From: a bacterium
GTDB lineage: Bacteria; SAR324; NAC60-12
DNA length: 12,415 nucleotides
Direction of reading: 5' to 3'
Assembly (NCBI GenBank): GCA_965233585.1
Contig: CBDDTI010000024.1
Span: 1 to 12,415, forward strand
Below the pieces are notes generated by a model, which did no database searches, was not told the DNA's origin, and saw nothing but the letters and a program-made list of their open reading frames with translations. The position numbers and the translations under genes are program-made. Shown here in pieces: positions 7,801 through 12,415 of the stretch. Position 1 is the first letter of the stretch, and every line of letters begins with the position of its first letter.

Positions 7801-10800
7801 ATCGCAAAATCAACAGCAAAGGCCGACCCGTCCGAACAAAAATACAACTGCGTTTATTTAAGCAAAAAGCATATAGATTTGGAACAGTTGCCTTTCCGGT
7901 CGCCATAAGCCACAAAGTTTCTGTTGACACCACAACATTGCGCTTCTTGAACCCTGATGCAAAAATCTTTACAAAAATCAACCTAAACAGGGTCCCAAAA
8001 ATGGGACCGCCTGGCGGTCCCATTTTTGGGACCGCATGCACAGCTTAGTAAAAGAACAAAAGAAAAGCATTTTCACGGTCCCATTTTTGGGACCGTCTGG
8101 CGGTACCAAAAATGAGACCGCAAAATCGCAAAATCAACAGCAAAGGCCGACCCGTCCGAACAAAAATACAACTGCGTTTATTTAAGCAAAAAGCATATAG
8201 ATTTGGAACAGAGGAGGCCCGCACATGCGAAGCCTGATTTCAATTGACTTTCCGGCCCCAAAAATGGAACCTGAAAGCGCACATGTGGTATCAGCTGTCT
8301 CCGTTCACTGGCTCCAATGTGGCGATTGCGATGCAGCACGACCCAGGCAACATACAACACCAGGACAAAAGTTTTTCCTCTTGACTAGCCGCAGCAACCC
8401 TCTCCCCTTAGACTCCTGACAGGTCTCATATATGAATCACATGGCGGATCGCGGATCAGCTGGTTTGCTTTAAAAGAATATTTTACTTTATTCCGACTTG
8501 AAATACGATCCGCCACGCAGGCCACGCGAAATGAGGATAATTAATCCGCGGCTGAGGATCATGATGCTTATAAGACGCTAAACGGGAAAAAACTTTCCTC
8601 CTCCTGATGTATACACCAATCCTTCGCTACTCCGCGCTACTCCGCTACTCCGTCCTATGTTGCAATTCAATTACCCAATGTAATTGACACGATATCGAAA
8701 CGATGACGGAGTAAGAAAGCCTTCAATACTTCACCTTCCCACATCTTTCCCTAAGCAGATTCTTACTCCATCCCGTTTTAAATTTATACTATTAATTAAT
8801 AACGGGATTGACTGAAAGATCATGATTCATCCTCTGTCTTGGCTGAAAACTTCGGTAGGAGTCTAGAGGGGGCAAGGGGGGCCAACAAGGGGCAGTAAAG
8901 TATTCAACGCAAGCATCCAAATGGAAGCCGGCCACCTGCGCGAAAACCCGCAAACTCCGCAACAACAAGTAACACCTCAAGCAATCACCTAACGCTGCAA
9001 AAGGCTGATGGGCCTTCTTTTAGCAGCAAACAATCAACCCACCAGACGAAACCAAATAATAAGAAGCTAACTTCCACCGGGTTCAAGCAGCAACGGATAT
9101 GCACCCCGCTTGCCCCAACAAGGAACAAAATCATCTACAAAACAGCTTGCTCCGACGGACCCAATTCTGGGTCCGGAAAACCTTCTCAAAACCGGCTTCG
9201 CTCAAAAGGGCCTCCCTAGTTGCCTTTCCGGTCGCCATAAGCCACAAAGTTTCTGTTGACACCAAAACATTGCGCTTCTTGAACCCTGATGCAAAAATCT
9301 TTACAAAAATCAACCTAAACAGGGTCCCAAAAATGGGACCGCCTGGCGGTCCCATTTTTGGGACCGCATGCACAGCTTAGTAAAAGAACAAAAGAAAAGC
9401 ATTTTCACGGTCCCATTTTTGGGACCGTCTGGCGGTACCAAAAATGAGACCGCAAAATCGCAAAATCAACAGCAAAGGCCGACCCGTCCGAACAAAAATA
9501 CAACTGCGTTTATTTAAGCAAAAAGCATATAGATTTGGAACAGTTGCCTTTCCGGTCGCCATAAGCCACAAAGTTTCTGTTGACACCACAACATTGCGCT
9601 TCTTGAACCCTGATGCAAAAATCTTTACAAAAATCAACCTAAACAGGGTCCCAAAAATGGGACCGCCTGGCGGTCCCATTTTTGGGACCGCATGCACAGC
9701 TTAGTAAAAGAACAAAAGAAAAGCATTTTCACGGTCCCATTTTTGGGACCGTCTGGCGGTACCAAAAATGAGACCGCAAAATCGCAAAATCAACAGCAAA
9801 GGCCGACCCGTCCGAACAAAAATACAACTGCGTTTATTTAAGCAAAAAGCATATAGATTTGGAACAGAGGAGGCCCGCACATGCGAAGCCTGATTTCAAT
9901 TGACTTTCCGGCCCCAAAAATGGAACCTGAAAGCGCACATGTGGTATCAGCTGTCTCCGTTCACTGGCTCCAATGTGGCGATTGCGATGCAGCACGACCC
10001 AGGCAACATACAACACCAGGACAAAAGTTTTTCCTCTTGACTAGCCGCAGCAACCCTCTCCCCTTAGACTCCTGACAGGTCTCATATATGAATCACATGG
10101 CGGATCGCGGATCAGCTGGTTTGCTTTAAAAGAATATTTTACTTTATTCCGACTTGAAATACGATCCGCCACGCAGGCCACGCGAAATGAGGATAATTAA
10201 TCCGCGGCTGAGGATCATGATGCTTATAAGACGCTAAACGGGAAAAAACTTTCCTCCTCCTGATGTATACACCAATCCTTCGCTACTCCGCGCTACTCCG
10301 CTACTCCGTCCTATGTTGCAATTCAATTACCCAATGTAATTGACACGATATCGAAACGATGACGGAGTAAGAAAGCCTTCAATACTTCACCTTCCCACAT
10401 CTTTCCCTAAGCAGATTCTTACTCCATCCCGTTTTAAATTTATACTATTAATTAATAACGGGATTGACTGAAAGATCATGATTCATCCTCTGTCTTGGCT
10501 GAAAACTTCGGTAGGAGTCTAGAGGGGGCAAGGGGGGCCAACAAGGGGCAGTAAAGTATTCAACGCAAGCATCCAAATGGAAGCCGGCCACCTGCGCGAA
10601 AACCCGCAAACTCCGCAACAACAAGTAACACCTCAAGCAATCACCTAACGCTGCAAAAGGCTGATGGGCCTTCTTTTAGCAGCAAACAATCAACCCACCA
10701 GACGAAACCAAATAATAAGAAGCTAACTTCCACCGGGTTCAAGCAGCAACGGATATGCACCCCGCTTGCCCCAACAAGGAACAAAATCATCTACAAAACA

Positions 10801-12415
10801 GCTTGCTCCGACGGACCCAATTCTGGGTCCGGAAAACCTTCTCAAAACCGGCTTCGCTCAAAAGGGCCTCCCTAGTTGCCTTTCCGGTCGCCATAAGCCA
10901 CAAAGTTTCTGTTGACACCAAAACATTGCGCTTCTTGAACCCTGATGCAAAAATCTTTACAAAAATCAACCTAAACAGGGTCCCAAAAATGGGACCGCCT
11001 GGCGGTCCCATTTTTGGGACCGCATGCACAGCTTAGTAAAAGAACAAAAGAAAAGCATTTTCACGGTCCCATTTTTGGGACCGTCTGGCGGTACCAAAAA
11101 TGAGACCGCAAAATCGCAAAATCAACAGCAAAGGCCGACCCGTCCGAACAAAAATACAACTGCGTTTATTTAAGCAAAAAGCATATAGATTTGGAACAGT
11201 TGCCTTTCCGGTCGCCATAAGCCACAAAGTTTCTGTTGACACCACAACATTGCGCTTCTTGAACCCTGATGCAAAAATCTTTACAAAAATCAACCTAAAC
11301 AGGGTCCCAAAAATGGGACCGCCTGGCGGTCCCATTTTTGGGACCGCATGCACAGCTTAGTAAAAGAACAAAAGAAAAGCATTTTCACGGTCCCATTTTT
11401 GGGACCGTCTGGCGGTACCAAAAATGAGACCGCAAAATCGCAAAATCAACAGCAAAGGCCGACCCGTCCGAACAAAAATACAACTGCGTTTATTTAAGCA
11501 AAAAGCATATAGATTTGGAACAGAGGAGGCCCGCACATGCGAAGCCTGATTTCAATTGACTTTCCGGCCCCAAAAATGGAACCTGAAAGCGCACATGTGG
11601 TATCAGCTGTCTCCGTTCACTGGCTCCAATGTGGCGATTGCGATGCAGCACGACCCAGGCAACATACAACACCAGGACAAAAGTTTTTCCTCTTGACTAG
11701 CCGCAGCAACCCTCTCCCCTTAGACTCCTGACAGGTCTCATATATGAATCACATGGCGGATCGCGGATCAGCTGGTTTGCTTTAAAAGAATATTTTACTT
11801 TATTCCGACTTGAAATACGATCCGCCACGCAGGCCACGCGAAATGAGGATAATTAATCCGCGGCTGAGGATCATGATGCTTATAAGACGCTAAACGGGAA
11901 AAAACTTTCCTCCTCCTGATGTATACACCAATCCTTCGCTACTCCGCGCTACTCCGCTACTCCGTCCTATGTTGCAATTCAATTACCCAATGTAATTGAC
12001 ACGATATCGAAACGATGACGGAGTAAGAAAGCCTTCAATACTTCACCTTCCCACATCTTTCCCTAAGCAGATTCTTACTCCATCCCGTTTTAAATTTATA
12101 CTATTAATTAATAACGGGATTGACTGAAAGATCATGATTCATCCTCTGTCTTGGCTGAAAACTTCGGTAGGAGTCTAGAGGGGGCAAGGGGGGCCAACAA
12201 GGGGCAGTAAAGTATTCAACGCAAGCATCCAAATGGAAGCCGGCCACCTGCGCGAAAACCCGCAAACTCCGCAACAACAAGTAACACCTCAAGCAATCAC
12301 CTAACGCTGCAAAAGGCTGATGGGCCTTCTTTTAGCAGCAAACAATCAAGCCACCAGACGAAACCAAATAATAAGAAGCTAACTTCCACCGGGTTCAAGC
12401 AGCAACGGATATGCA

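Larger units (their letters stand above)
1..12415. repeat. Head-to-tail tandem array (macrosatellite / higher-order repeat) of a 1656-bp unit, about 7.5 copies, open at both window ends
   Basis: GACTTTCCGGCCCCAAAAATGG recurs at 1, 1657, 4934, 6590, 8246, 9902 and 11558. ORF-track offsets are 1656, 1305, 1972, 1656, 1656, 1656, 1656. Units in window phase: 1-1656, 1657-3075 (3' truncated), 3076-4933 (5' truncated, expanded), 4934-6589, 6590-8245, 8246-9901, 9902-11557, 11558-12415 (partial). Confidence 0.99.

Overview
The whole window is a non-coding, head-to-tail tandem array of a 1656-bp unit: about 7.5 near-identical copies, one of them rearranged. No credible protein gene, rRNA, tRNA or CRISPR array is visible. 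The unit is highly organised. It contains (i) a ~480-bp module closed by imperfect inverted repeats and filled with nested and mutually exclusive stems, suggesting a structured RNA or ssDNA; (ii) an A/C-rich linker; and (iii) degenerate in-register inverted arms that bracket (iv) a 324-bp sub-repeat, usually 2 copies. Each sub-repeat carries two 'palindromes of palindromes' in opposite (flip/flop) arm order. Both multi-base deletions in the array map to the perfect 43-bp palindrome. The best inference is a tandemly amplified non-autonomous foldback or rolling-circle-type element, or a higher-order macrosatellite with a structured cargo. Host and family cannot be assigned from the sequence alone. 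All pairings were found by eye; no folding or database search was run.
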